Positions 1 through 14,070 of a stretch of 64,000 bases of DNA are shown here, piece after piece. The stretch spans positions 6,262,001 to 6,326,000 of the forward strand of contig NC_081331.1 in the NCBI RefSeq assembly GCF_022539665.2, given 5' to 3'. Numbering within the stretch: the first letter of the stretch is position 1; each line of letters starts with the position of its first letter. Both the position numbers and the translations under genes were made by a program. Under the pieces are notes generated by a model that worked only from the letters and a program-made list of their open reading frames with translations, did no database searches and was not told the DNA's origin. This stretch comes from Daphnia carinata (taxonomy: Eukaryota).

Positions 1-52
1 CGGTCTATCGCTGTCGGGGGGCCAACGAGGATCAATAAATAAATAGCATTCA

Positions 53-74
53 AGAGAGAGAGAGAGAGAGAGAG
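53..74. repeat. (AG)n microsatellite
   Basis: Direct AG run; similar short SSRs at ~6933-6953 (TG), ~8524-8539 (CT) and ~9943-9958 (AG). Confidence 0.85.
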
Positions 75-3000
75 GGATTTTCAGAGGTTTTTTTTTTTCA
101 AAGGATAAATAATACAAGGAGACGTCACCCCATATATTGATCGAACTATTAATATCGTTGGAGAGGGTTTTGGTCTGTAAGCAGTACACTTGTGTATTCT
201 CTCTGTCTGTTGATGTTCTTTTCTGTTTGAACGTTTTCTTCCCTTTTTGTTTTGTGCTGCAAGTTTTTTCCCTTTGTTTTCTATTTTTGGGGTCAATCTC
301 GACATCACATGCCTCTACCGAACATTTCCGAAACTCCTGCGACTGATTGCCTTTTGTACGCCCCACTCATTTTCGATTACACCGTTCACGAGAAATTTAG
401 AAGGTAACAAAAAAAAGTTTGATCCATCCTTGAATTGGACGTAGGCTTGACAAAAAAAATAAAAAAGAAACAACTTTGGAAAATTCTATTATCGATTAAA
501 TGCGAGGCCGCGTAACCAGGGATTTCGTACATGATTATTGATTAATCGTTCGGTCAATAGAAAAAGAAAGGTTCCTGCGCTCTTCTAAAGAAAAATGTAT
601 AGATGAGCAAGACAAAAGTTGTTTGTAGCTCATTCGAAGAGGAAAGGAGAAAAAAAGGGCGATGTTAGCGTTGCTATAGAAGCGACAAGAGTCAGAGATA
701 AGCTGCAAGAGTCGAGAAATCATATTGGAACGGAACTATCAATCCATTTTTGCGTGTGCGTGTCTCGGCTTGTTCCTTATTTTTTTTAAAATAATAAGAA
801 ACAAGAGGAAGCCTTTGCTCCTCCTTCCTGCACGTTATAATAGCTCTATTGCGCTTTCGTTTTATTATTATTATTTTTATTATTCTTCTTCTTCCTCGTC
901 TGCTTGCCCTCCCTTCTCTCTCTCTCATCCAGTAAGATTGCCACCGAGACGCTCTCACGTCTTGACTGAAATCTCGAGCTGGCCATGTACACGGCACACA
1001 CACATAGTGCCGATCAATACTTTGGTCTCCGCGCCTTTCAATTCTGTTCGTTGCTTTCTCTCTCTTTTTTTCTTTCATTCTTAAACACACAACAGAAAAG
1101 GAAGCCATCCAATGAGGAATCTTGGCCACTTTCAATTGTTCCCCATTTACGCGCTGTCGTTCTTAATGTACACGTAGACGCTATTGTGATGGGAACTACA
1201 TCGTAGGCCTTTTCTAATCGATTTTTATACTCGCATCAGCGTTTAAACTTGATGACATTCATTTCCAGTAGATTGTTCTATTAAAATTGCGGTGTTTTGC
1301 CACTTCCTTTCATTCATCGGGGAACTAAACGAAATTTTGAAAATTATGTCGTGTACGTTTGCATGTAAAAAATCGGTGTGATTACTTGCCGCCGTCGTGA
1401 TCAATTCTTTCAACAATAAAAAAAACAACAGAATTCGCACGAAAAGGCATCCGGCTTTCTCGTCGATTTGCCGATCACGTGTTGGGTATTTCTATAGGCA
1501 CGGGCAAAATTTTTTGGCGCCTGAGGCGTCTTTAATCTCATGACATTTTCACGAGACAGGTCTTTAACCCATTCTGCTCGCAAAGTTACCTCATGCGTAG
1601 GTATCCCTTTTAAACCGGAATTGCCCCTAGGTCCACACTGACACGTCATGTTCCCCGACTGAAAACAAAAACAAATTGAAGTGCATCCCCCCCCCCCTTC
1701 GTGCGTCCATAGTGTCTATACCATGGAACTTCAAACACAATCTTTCCCCGTGAAGGGCCATCAAAAATCAAAAATAAAATAAAATGGCAGGGGCCAGAGG
1801 CACTGCGTTTCATAGAAACGGTACCAGAGGGCATGTATAACACACAGCAATCCCATCCATCAAAAAGTTTCGTTACTCTCCGATCCTCAAACTTTTTATT
1901 TATTTTTTTTTTTTTTTCGGGAAGTTCAGAAGAAGAGCCATTTCGAATGGTGGACGTTCGTGACGTAATATTCTCAACAATTCCATTTTGCGTGAAAAGC
2001 CAAAACCTTATGTAGTATTGATGTAGGCTAAAAGACACTCCCTTCTTTTATATAGCCTCAAATTAAATGTAAATAAAAACAAAGGAGGGGACTTTCATCT
2101 TCATATATAAAAATAAAACGAAAGAAATCGAGTGCGACACGCTAACCCTACCGGGCAGTTATCTGTTCCAAATGCATTTACGTTGATTTAAAGACAAACA
2201 AATACCGGCAGTTGCTTTGCTTATTTTGTATATCAACGGACTCGATGAACGTTTGACATTATCCGAAGGAATTTCACACGAAAACAAAATGACACAAGGG
2301 CGAACGCTCGTTGATTGTTGTTCCTTGACTATCCCGTCAGTCGCGGCCCCCTGACTTCCTATTTATAGCCGATTATAAAACGTTAAAATTTGCGGTGCCA
2401 GGAAACTAATTTCAGATTGTTGCGTCTATACTATCGCTATACGCTATACGGGGCTTTTCCTTCTTCTTTTAACCCAACCTGAACTGGAACTGAGACAGGG
2501 GAATCGTATTCTTATTGTGGTTTTTTTTATTTCTTTCCGGTTGGCCGCTCGCATGGGGTTTTTAGAGAAAGCGGCGGACGGATTGAGAAGGTCACGCGGA
2601 GATGACGTCGTATTTCATTTGACCTAAACCCAGCGCTGTCTTTGTTGTTGATAACACGCGTTTATCGTTCATTACGGCCGCAGCTTCGGAGGGGGAAAAA
2701 AATCCGAATGGAAACGTTTGAACATTTTCATAGGTTAAGCTTCACGCTTGACGTACTGCATGTTGTAGACGGGTTGCTGATAACGTGTAACTGTGAGAAG
2801 GAGGGCCAAAGACCAGCTGACGATTTTAAAACGGACGGAAGAAGAATTAAATTTAAAAAAAAAAAAAATAATGTTTTGAAAAGAAAAACTGGAATGGAGC
2901 TGTGATCCATTGTTTCCGGAATTTCATGTTGGAAAAATTTGAAAGAGGCGGAATAATATCGAAAGAAAAAAGAAGAAGAATTTTGCTTTAGAAAGCCAGA

Positions 3001-5714
3001 AAGAAAAGAACGGAAGAAGAATGTTTGACTTGTTGCCAGTTCTGTGCAACAAAAGCGCGCAAACCTCAAACAAAACTAACGTACTTGTCAGCCACACCAA
3101 ACAACAAAAGAAATAATTCAAAAAAAAAAGGAAATGAAATTTTAAAGAAATATACGAAAAAATGACACGATAGCATTCAGACGTCTTCATTGTTCTTTCG
3201 TTTTTATCCATCGCGAATTGTTGGATGTTTTCGTCGCGTATATTTTTATTCGTGTGCGCCATTGCTTCCAACACGCGCTATGTCTTTATTTAATTTACTT
3301 GCAAATCGATTCTCATTTGTCGTTTTTTTTTTTTTTTTGAATATAGTACCGCCATAAATTCTAATCCGTAAACAATTTTTCATCCCGTAACTTTCATCAT
3401 TTTTTGGTAGAGACGTCTATTGTACCAGTCCGGAGTAGAAGGAAATAAAGGAATAAGGAAATAAGGAAGTATCTACGGAAATGTGTCGGAAGATAACGGC
3501 AAAAGCAGAAGCGAAACAAGGGGGCACAAGATAAATGCGAGAGGAAGGAAGCCGAGCGCAACTGCTGACATCTGACAGCACCAAAGGTAATAATAATAAT
3601 AAATAGGCTCTCGTCTAATTTGGAAGAGATGCGGATTTACTTGCCCGCAATTCCCTCCTCCCTTCTTTTTTTTCTGACAAACATTGCGCTGCAGAAGAGC
3701 TACCCATCCACATCTCCCCCACCAACAACAACAACAAAAAGAAGAGATCAAGAAGAAGAAGAAGAAGAAGAAAAAAAGGAGAGCTTCTTCAGTCTGCGTG
3801 CGTGCCGGGTGTTTTAGATGAAATGAGAGTTTAGGGAGGTTGTATAACTCATCCGCGATATAGGAGAAACGTCGCTGGCGTCGCACCCCACCCAACTGCA
3901 CAAGTAAGCTTCGCGTTGTATATAGAGCCCGGTGGGTGGCACACCAGAACGCGGAATAGACTATAATGTCAGGGAGGTGAGGGGGGGGGGGGACCCAAAG
4001 AGACGGGGGGGGGGGGGAAAGGAGGAACGCGTTCGACGCCACCGGACGTCGCCCGGGAGTCATATCGATCGATAGTTGTCGGAGCGAGTGAAGCGTCCCA
4101 ACATAACACACACACACACAACGGAGACAGGGGTGGCTGAATACAACAGTACGGGTGGTAGGACAGCTGTAAAAAAATAAAAAAGCTCTGCCTATAAATT
4201 TGGCGAGACTGCGCGTTCCTCATCTCAGCGTTTCCGACTTTTCTTTTCGCAAAAACACCACCAGCTTATCCTTCATTTTTTAAACAGTCTTCACCGACCG
4301 GCGAATTGTTAAAAAACTGGATTTTAACCAGCTGTGGTTGGCAACATTGCGTAACGGAGCGCAGGGTCATGGCTGTGTCTGTATTTATTAGACCACAGAG
4401 ATAACACTAGACACGACGCCATCGTTGCCCCTCCCTTTTTTTCCCTCCCTCCGGGCCATCTGCTTCCATCTTCCAGCGATATGATGAAAGGCAACTCATG
4501 TCGAACGCGGCGCCAACATCCGCAGCCCCCCCACTCACACCAATAACCTCTTTACAGCTCTCAATGCCGTCATCAAACATCGAACAAGTGATAAGACCTC
4601 AAAGGGAAGAAGCCATGCAAAAAAGTGGGTATAGCTATAAGGGGTCGGCCGACGAGGCGGTGAACGTTCCGCGAACGCACGGTGAAAGGTAGATATTGTA
4701 ACCGATCATTATAGATGGCTAACAGACGGGGCATTGCCAACTGATTGTGTATGTTCTTCCTCTGCGCTGCGCAGAGAGATACGGATCTATCGGTGGTCAT
4801 GGAGACCAGCGTTATTATATTTTGTTTCTCTGCCCCCTTTCGGTTGAGCAGATCATTATATTCGTATTTCTATTTCCTTTTTTATTTTTTATTTTTCATT
4901 GTTATGATTATTTTACCTCTCTCTCGTTGTTGACGAAGGAGATGCCTAGATTAGGCATAGCTCTTAGAATGGCCACAAGGGACTGGATGGTATTGCTGTA
5001 GACCACCGGCCGGTATTGTTTGAAATCGTCCGACGTGAAACCGCTCTCGTGAATAATTCTGTCAAAGGCGTAAAAATTAGAAAAACAATTAACATTTTTG
5101 TTGAACGTCGCATGGATTCATGTTTTTCTTCTTGAAATTAGTCAATCCACAGTTTGTTTCATTCACCTTCCACTGTTTAGCTTTTACCCAGGTGTACGTT
5201 TTCATGGATGCTCGAAGGTAACGCGCTAACCAACCAGACAACGTGAGGAATAAACAACTTTTGTTTCAGTTGAAGGGCGTTGTACACAAAATATTTTATC
5301 ACTCTCCCCGAATTTTTGGTCTGCGTTGCTCCAAACAACCTCAGACAACTGTAAAACTGCAGCGAACAATGTCTCCGAATTTCAAATTTTGAGAAATAAA
5401 AAATGAAATGCAGACTTTGAAAACAACGCATCTCTGGATCAATAGTTAAACTAACAGTACCTTACTTCCAACGCTTTTGATCAAATCCATTAAAATTAAG
5501 CTAGCTCAATCCCGATAAGGTCTGTCAACAATGCGCTAGATTTCATATTGAAATAAAAAATCGATGACATTTCCTTCGTTTGAATTGATCGTATACAAAT
5601 TCAACGGATTTATGAGAGTTTGACATCGATCCATTGTGCCCATCAGGATCTAAACATACAGCGCTCAATCATTTACAAAAAAAAAAAAAAATACGAAAAG
5701 AGCCATCTACTTAC

Positions 5715-6917
5715 TTCATCTGTTTGACGATGGTACTTTTACCCGATTCGCCAGCACCTGGAATGAGAAAGAAAAAGAGAGATATACATTAGGATCGGGT
5801 GACATTTTCTCTCCGTTTTCACATTTTCCGTTTTTAACGGTTCAATGTGTTTATAGATGACGCACAATAACCGACAAATGGCCGTAGTTAAAAATCATTC
5901 CCTATTTCAAATTGTTTGCCTTTTAAAATTCAACTTCCCTTTCAAGATTGCCCCTGAAAAAAAAAATGTCGGCAATTATTAACGGACGAACTAATAACAC
6001 AGCGCGTATCGCCTTACGTCATCCCGTCTTTTATAAATTTCGTTTTCTTCTACCATTCTTAATTTGCGTTGTGCTTCGTAAAAAAAATAACTCCACCCCA
6101 ACGGCATGGACCACCACGCAAGTCTCAACGGCACTTCTTCTCTGTCCTTTGTAAACATCTTTCAAAACTTTCGAAACTCATTCATTTTTTTTTTGTTTTT
6201 TGTTTCCGTTCCATCTTCTTCGCAACTGTGGATAAAGAATGAAGCAGCACACAAACTGACTAAGATGAAGCATAAAAACGAGGTCGCCGACAGGAAAAAG
6301 GCGAGAAAAAAAAAAAGAATATTTCAGAAGCCAAACGAATGGTCGCTCTCGCATTTGATGAACGGGGAAAAATAACAAGTCTTTCTTTTTTTTAAATTTT
6401 AGTTTTAATTTCCTTCTGCTACGTCATCCGGTGACTATATCCATCGTGTTCCGAACACATTCCAAACTATATACAGCTCTATATACTTTTGCGTGTATAC
6501 ACACTTACGTGTCCACATCGGTTGGTAGTAAGCAACATGCCTAACCGTCTATGTAGAGTGCACAGTTTTTAATATAACGTGTATAGACGAACTATAATCG
6601 GATCGGTTCGTTTTGTATATACCAAACGCTTGGGCTGGCTGTTTTGCGCTTCTTCTTTATACTTTGTGCTCGGCTGGCTTTTTGCTCGCTAGCCGGCCGT
6701 TTCTAAAATTAGCTACCCCCCAGATGAAAAAATCGTTGTGTTGTTTGTCTTGCTTCTTCCCCTCTTCTTTCTAAAGCTTTTTTTTTTTTGGCTTTTGGCT
6801 TTTGGCTTTTTCGGCTGCTACTGTTGAAACACAACTCCCGTCTTCATCATGACTCGTTTTGCTATGTGCTGTATCTATCCAATGTGAAACTTGCTATAGT
6901 TACACATTGTTTTTGTT

Positions 6918-6948
<31 letters not shown>

Positions 6949-8340
6949 TGTGTCTTTCCTTCTCTCTGAACGCACGTCTTTTGTTTTCAAGCCCCCAAAA
7001 GCCAACGCCCTATTGTTATGGCTCCTCCCTAGACCTATGCGACCCAGCCGAGCGTTCCGCGTTTAACCGACAAAACGACACGGAAGAAGTAACACTGTAA
7101 ATGCTTGAAGAGATTTCAATTTCACAGCAAACATTATTTACGCAGTTGAATAATATGCACATTTACGGTATGTTATCCCCCCCCCCGCCTTTTTATATCT
7201 CTCCGGCAATGAAACAGAAAGGAAAACACATTCGAGGAGGGTTATAGACCTCCCTCCATGTCTTTTTTTTCTCTCGTTCTTCATCTCTGGTTTTACTTTA
7301 TTTTATTTTTTTATTTGGTTTTCTCCCCTCTCTCTTCATTCGAAGTTCTCCAATGTCGTGACACAGCAGCTGCGCTTTGGGGTGAACATGTTGTCATAGC
7401 GCCGCTTGTGTAATAAAGCAGATCCCGGCACACGTAAGATGAAAATACAAAAATCAACCAGTACCGACAAATTCCCTAATTCTTTGTAACACTAAATCGA
7501 TTTAAATAATAAAAATAAAAAAACTTGATTTTTTTACTATGCCATTCGAGCCTTCTTTTACTTGTCAAGTGGCGACACAGTTTCAAAGCGCCACATTGCA
7601 CGTCGAGGAGACAAAAGGGCTGCATGTCATTTAATTAAACCAATCTAGCGACTATGGTCGCCATCGCCGGGCAGTTCCGTATAAGTTATTATTATTTTTT
7701 TTCCTTCTTTTTGAAGAGACAGATAAAAAAAATGGAGGAGAAAAAAACATTGCATCCAATGGCGGACGTCGGCTTTGAAACACGAACGGCGAAGCGTATA
7801 TACATTGTACTAGCCTTGCGCAGTAGTATTGATCGCCGTGTGCGCGCGTCCCTCCCCTTTCCCTTCTCGTAACAAGCCACCAGCGCTGCCATCCTTTTTT
7901 TTTTGCTTCAACATCCTGTTATTACTTTATGATTTCAATCAAACCAATCTTCCCTTTTTGACACATAATTCCTATCCCTACTCGTTCGAAACAAAACCCA
8001 AATCAAGAAAAATGACAAAAAGAAATCGCTCCTTTCTTTTGCTAGCAGAATTGCCTGTACTTGTGTTCCACATTTTGTTTTCGTTATCAATTTTTATTCG
8101 AAAGAGTCACTCTGCGATTGCTGTCTAAGCTGTTTTGGATCCAACATAAGGATGGAGCGAAGAAATGATTAATTATTTTTGGGAAACAAAAATAATCATG
8201 ACAAGGTTTCGTTATTGCTTACCGAGGAGCAGTAGTTTGATATCCTTGGCCGCTTGGATTCCATCTTCTTTGAGGTTCTTCTCGATGAGTTTCGAACGGG
8301 CAACGGCCGCCCTCTCCTCGGCCGACATGGCGCAACCCAT
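5715..8340 (-). CDS. GNAO1: G protein alpha-o subunit, coding exon 1 (8223-8340) and exon 2 (5715-5757); the rest of the gene lies left of the window
   Basis: Exon 1 (118 nt) encodes [40 protein letters not shown]. Exon 2 (43 nt) encodes the P-loop [14 protein letters not shown]. Both have GT-AG boundaries and the exon sizes typical of Gi/o genes. G2/C3 lipidation sites are present. Confidence 0.95.
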
Positions 8341-11300
8341 TTTCGGTAAGCTCCAATCCTTCAGGCGAGACAATGTGGATGCTGCAATGGTTTTTTGTTG
8401 TGGAACGCAGTAGATGTTTTGGCGGCTGTTGTGGCCGGAAAAACCCCGTAAACAACAAATCAAAAGAGCAGAACAATTTCTTCTTCTTTTTGGCTACTTC
8501 GGATCGCCTCCTTTTTTTTTCTTCTCTCTCTCTCTCTCTGCAACAACGGCGACGAAGAGAAGGTCGACGATGACGTCGACAGCCGTGTCGACAGCTGACT
8601 TTGTGCTGTATATATATCACCGCTGGCGAGACTGGCCGACCGTCCTCGACATCCGCGCTCTGTTTCGCCACCAGCCGCGTTACGTTTAGACACTAAAAAA
8701 ACCGGACGTGTAACCCACTCGCACAGATACACACACCACACACTCACAAACACTCCACTCGGTGAAATTCTCTTTCGATAGGAGGGCGAGGATGAAATGG
8801 GATTTTTTTTAATAGTAAAATAAAATAATAATAATAATAAAAAAAGGGGGGATGACTTTCAAATGTGTTTTGTTTGTCGTTTCAAAAGTGCGATGACACG
8901 CCCAACTTGAAGCGGCTCTCTTTTTCGTGACACAGTTTGGGCGAAACACTCAGAAGAGCGCGCAGGCCAACGACAGAGAGGCAGCAGACATAACTGGTGA
9001 ATGAGGAAGAAAACGAGAGTAAAGAGGAGACGAACAGCAAATCAGTTGCCCTGCGCTGTCCGTGCCGTTCGCAACAATTACACGGAAGCAACAAACAAAA
9101 CACACCCACTGGCGTAGATAATTGTTGTCGCACCAATGTCTGCTGTAACATTGGCCGAAATCACTCGCCAATCAGACGATCAATTTCAGTCCCCAACAGA
9201 AGCCAAAAAAAAAAATAAATCAAATAACTCGAACGAGAGCAAAAATCTTTTGCCGATTTTTGTTTTCCTTCGCTCTAATTGGATGATGGGTGTTAACAAT
9301 GGCAGTTTGCTTCCGTGAATTTCTTTTCTTTTCTTTTTTTTTCTTTCTTTATCGGTGCGACCCGCTCTTTTAATGGATGTGTGTGCGCCCCCGAGTATTG
9401 AAAACTACTGGACGCAGCTGGTCTGTCCCTGCTCCGTGCCCTCACGTACCACACGAGAGTGAGGCAGACGTCGACGGTCGGGAGGGGTGAAGCGCCGCCG
9501 CATCCGCTCCATCTTTTTTTTTCTGTCTTTTTTCTGTGTGTGTGTTCCTAGTTGCTGCTGCTGGCGTCGAACCAAACCCCCCCCCCCTCTCTGCTTTTCG
9601 TGCCACCCTCTTCTCTGTTTGTTACCCTCCCACGTTAAGCTTTTCGGTTGCTGACTCCCCATCTAACCACCTCTTCACGTACCGAGAGCGATGTACAAAC
9701 CCCCCTTTACTTACCCACCCAGAGGCCAGTCTCATCATCCGCCCCGGTTCTGTACATCGAAGCCGACGTCGCCAAGCCAACGCTGACGCGGCTGCGCTTA
9801 GCCAAAAAATCAATGATTTCCTCCGTCTATCGCCAACCCACCCCAGCCCACTTCTCCCCTCATTCTTCTCTCTACTTGTACATCGAATATACTCCTCCGT
9901 GCGGACTCCCCATCCATCTCAACTCCACCCTATAGTAGATGTAGAGAGAGAGAGAGAGTCCCTCCTTGTCTCTCGCATTCCCTCTCTTCTTTTTTTTCCT
10001 ACTTTCTTTTTTCGGGTTTTTGGCTCTTATCCCCGTTTTCTCTTACACCCTGGCTTTCATCAAGATCCTGCCCGTGTACGTTCATCCTTCCACCTCCGCT
10101 TTTTCCTTCCCCGGCCCGTCAATAATGTCGCCTTATCCCGGCTGCCTTTGGCCAGTTCTTCGCTTCAATCGTCCTGAAGGCCTCCCACCATCCTACGGTG
10201 CTGGCCCCGCAAGATGGGGTTATTATACGCCTCGATCCTGATGAAAACGGTAAACGTTGCACGGCCATTCAATCCGTTCAGCTCGCTCTTGCTTTGCACG
10301 CCGACCGCCAGTCGTATAGAGATTCAGGCCGACGAGCGTATCAACAAATTCCCCGTGCTCCTATATACCGCCCTACATTTTTTTTCCGCCCGCTGTTCCA
10401 GCGGATCAATGATCTAACACTACCTTCCTGCCTCTATGTTGTTGGTAATTCCCGTCCGTTTATTCCCTACCGGGTTGCAAGTATTTTTTCTTTTTCATCT
10501 GGCGTGCAAGTGCTAGATGGAAATTCGAACTACATCCGCTAGCGTAATTTGCATAGGAACTGATGTTTGCGGCGTAGAGAAGTGTCAGATTAAATAAGAT
10601 TTTCTGCATTTCTATGGGAAATGTATACAGGATGGGCTGAAAAAAAAATATATTTTCCGAATGTGACTGTGCCTCTTTTTATTTCGTTTCCACCATCAAT
10701 CGGCTCGTGTGTGTTTGGATGAAACAATAGAAGGCAGAATGTCATTATCGTGCAACGTGAGGATGACTGCGTTTGTGTTGGCTGCAAGTTGCTAACGTAC
10801 GATTCCTTTTTAATTTAGTTTTCATTCGTCATGTCTGGTTTTATCCGTTCATGTTCATATGCGACCACTGATTGGCAGTGGCGAATAAACGAGAGAGAAA
10901 ATAACATTTATAGGAAACGTAATGGTTGGCGCAAGCGCAGTGCAAACTTTTTTATTCTCTAACGAATTTGAACTGAAATAACCAACCTTCTATTCGACAT
11001 CAAATGTCGCTTGGCTGAATCCGACGACATTTTTTGTTCCGTCTCTTCGCCTGCCTGAAAAGGAGAAGTTCAAGGCAGTAGCGATAAATAAACGCGAACT
11101 CGTTACGACAACTTAGAACGAAGCGTTTTTCTTTCGCTTTCTTCGCACAGGTCTTTCTCTGGAGTGCGTGAAACTAATGTATGCTTAACAACAACTTACG
11201 ATATTTACATGTAAAAGGAAATAAATAACGTGTGGGTTGGAGCGCCTTTTGCCCTTCATTTTCGTGCTGTCCAGAGCGGGGACTGTTATCGATTGGGCGC

Positions 11301-14070
11301 GCTAGACCATGCCGTATAGTTTCCTGGCTGTATGGTAGGGCTCTTGTTGCTGTTCATGTATCACTGCTGTTACTGTTGCCGGCCTCATTCAGTAAACTGC
11401 ATGTTCTTTTTCTTTCTTTGATGGTCCTTGGTCCAGCACGCAGGGTCCCACCGCATCCAGTGCTTTTCTTTTTCTTCTTCATGGCCTTTCGAGTCGCCAG
11501 CATTACGTGATGTAGTGTGCCATTTTACGAGTGGCAAACTTGACCGAAGAAGCAATCAAAGGCGCAATTGGCTGGTTATACGGACTAAAGGAAAATAAAC
11601 TAAGACCTATATTATCAGACGCTATGTGTACTTTCATCACACTATTCAAACTTTGGCGACGCCAACGGATTTAGCAGCGTTTTCCTCCCTATCGATTTCG
11701 GTATAGGGCGAAATGGAAACGGATAATGCAATTTAGAATATACTTGCGCAACCCAGTTTTGATAAAAGCTCAAGTTGTTGCGCCAACATCAAAAGCCAAA
11801 ACTTCTTTTTGCGCCAACAAAAACAGCTCGCCCGTTATTTGCATTCGCCAACGTTCGTGTTGTGTTTGTTTTCCTCTTCGAATACCTTTATCATCAAGGA
11901 TCACTATCGCCGGTCGCGTTCTTCTTTCAGTATCTCTCATACGTTTCTAAATACATCGAGGAAATTGGCTTTGGGACTGGGTCAAAAGTGCTGCAAGTCA
12001 CACGCAGACGTAACGCCGTTGTCTGCTAGTGCAGCGGATAGCCAAAGAGCGGTACGACCTTCTGACACATTTGACGTAAACTGTTGAACAATATTCATTG
12101 GCTATGAATATTGATATTCCCTTAAAAATTCTATGATGCGCCTTTGCTATCAAGGTGACCTCGATTTCTAATTCTGATTCACTTCTGCACTAGTTGATTT
12201 GCGTTCGGAAATGTGAAGAATAAGTCTCTGGTATTTATCTATTTCTGTCTGATTTAATGATCGTTGTCTCTACTGCGTTGCTTGGAGAGATCAAGAGAAG
12301 TCGAAGAACAGAGAGATCGCTAAGGATATTTAGAAAAAAAAAAGTGGCAAGGAGCTAAGAAGTAATCAGTTTCCACGTAGAGGCCCCCCCCTCGTTCCCT
12401 AATGAGAGTGGATGTGAGCGTCAGTATAACGAACGGGGGACCCCGCCCGGTAACCAAAATACGCTGTGCGTGTCACTCTGTAACTAAAAATAAAAACCTT
12501 TCCGTCTTGCATTGACCGCACACCGACCACTTTCCCGATCATTTTCTCTCTAACCCGGTCCCTCTTATTCGGAAAGCAGCGAGTGCACGTCCTCTGTTAT
12601 GTATGCTGCCTTCTTTTATTGACAACGCTAACATCGGTCAACTTACATCGTGCCTTGACAACAGCACACAAGACGAACCTGAAGCATCAGCTTGAATAAG
12701 AGGTCAATCAAGTGAACTGTTAGTTTGCGCACCAAGTGAATTTTCTTCCTATTCGTTAGACGTTTGGAATATTGAAAACGAGGAGACAAATCGTTTTATC
12801 CTTGATTTTCGTTCTCTTAATTAAGAGGATACGTAGCTATCGTACATATTTTCCGAAAGCGATCGAACTGATGGTTATTCTTTTGTGGTCGCTCAGAGAC
12901 CGTAATCATTGTCATCGCAATTAAGACGAATAAATCTGGGTTTCGAGACGTCTGCTTCTGTCGAATCTTCTCATCACGACGCAAGCAGAAGCTGTGTATA
13001 ATGAAGAGAAATCATCGGTGCATTAACAATGGCGTCGACTGATTCACTGTCGGTCGTGGTAGGCCGCCCATCGGAGTGGCATTTTCAAATTCTTGGGTTG
13101 CAACTGCACGTAATGGGATGGCGCGGTGTCAACCAACGGGATCGTGCATTATGCATGACTATGTAAATAGAAGTATAGTCTGTAGCGGTGACACAATAGA
13201 CTTTGGTGAGGTGCGTATAATAGAGCTGGGAACGCACAAAAGGCTTTGATACTAAGTCGACAAAAGTAGTGAGAGAAAATATAATAACAATAAAGCCACC
13301 TGCATCGTAGTGGAAAGCCTTCCTTTGCGTGTTACGTGGAGAAACTATCGACATATACAGTACATACCGTTTTCTCCATTCGCACTTTTTTGGGAACTTT
13401 GATTTATGCCTATCATTAAAAATACAAAATACTCAAAAACAGCGTGGCTGCAACAAAGCATGGAGACACACCCTACTTTCATAGCTGAGCGAGTTATGTG
13501 TCTTGTACATATCGGAAAAACAGCATTTTGATACGGACCTGTTTTCCGGTGTCCTTAACTCACATCGGCTTGTTTTTTGTTTTTTCTGGGAAGACGACTC
13601 GAAGTAAGAGCTTTTAGCCCAATATCCAACAGCTCTTTGACCCGCTAAAAGGGTGCCGATCATATTATGCGCGCATGCAACGCACAGTGATTGGTGATCG
13701 TAAATAAGCTACCAGAACGTCATCGCATGACTGCCATTCAACTGATCAAAATGGAAAAGAAGGGGAAGCATATGAAAAGACCGGATTTTGATCGATTGCG
13801 ATATTTCTCCAACGGTGATAGAATCATGCGCGCCTTTATTCATCGCCTTGAAAAACTGCACGCTGCACGTTTTTTTCGCTCTCGTCAATATACAAGATGT
13901 GCCATCTGACTTTCTTCTTGATTATATGTGGAGACGACATCTTCTCGAAAGGTATTCTATATGCCATTAGCAACAGCAGTTACTCAGATCATTTAGCTGT
14001 CATAATTCGTATGTGTCGCCTGGTTAAATTATCATCAACGCCATCTAGCGAGCGCCACGAACCTTTGCAC

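Noticed and set aside
7759..7815. Minus-strand tRNA-like 3' half (GTTCGTGTTTCAAAGCCGACGTCCGCCA)
   Set aside because: No acceptor or anticodon stems could be built; the match is too degenerate.
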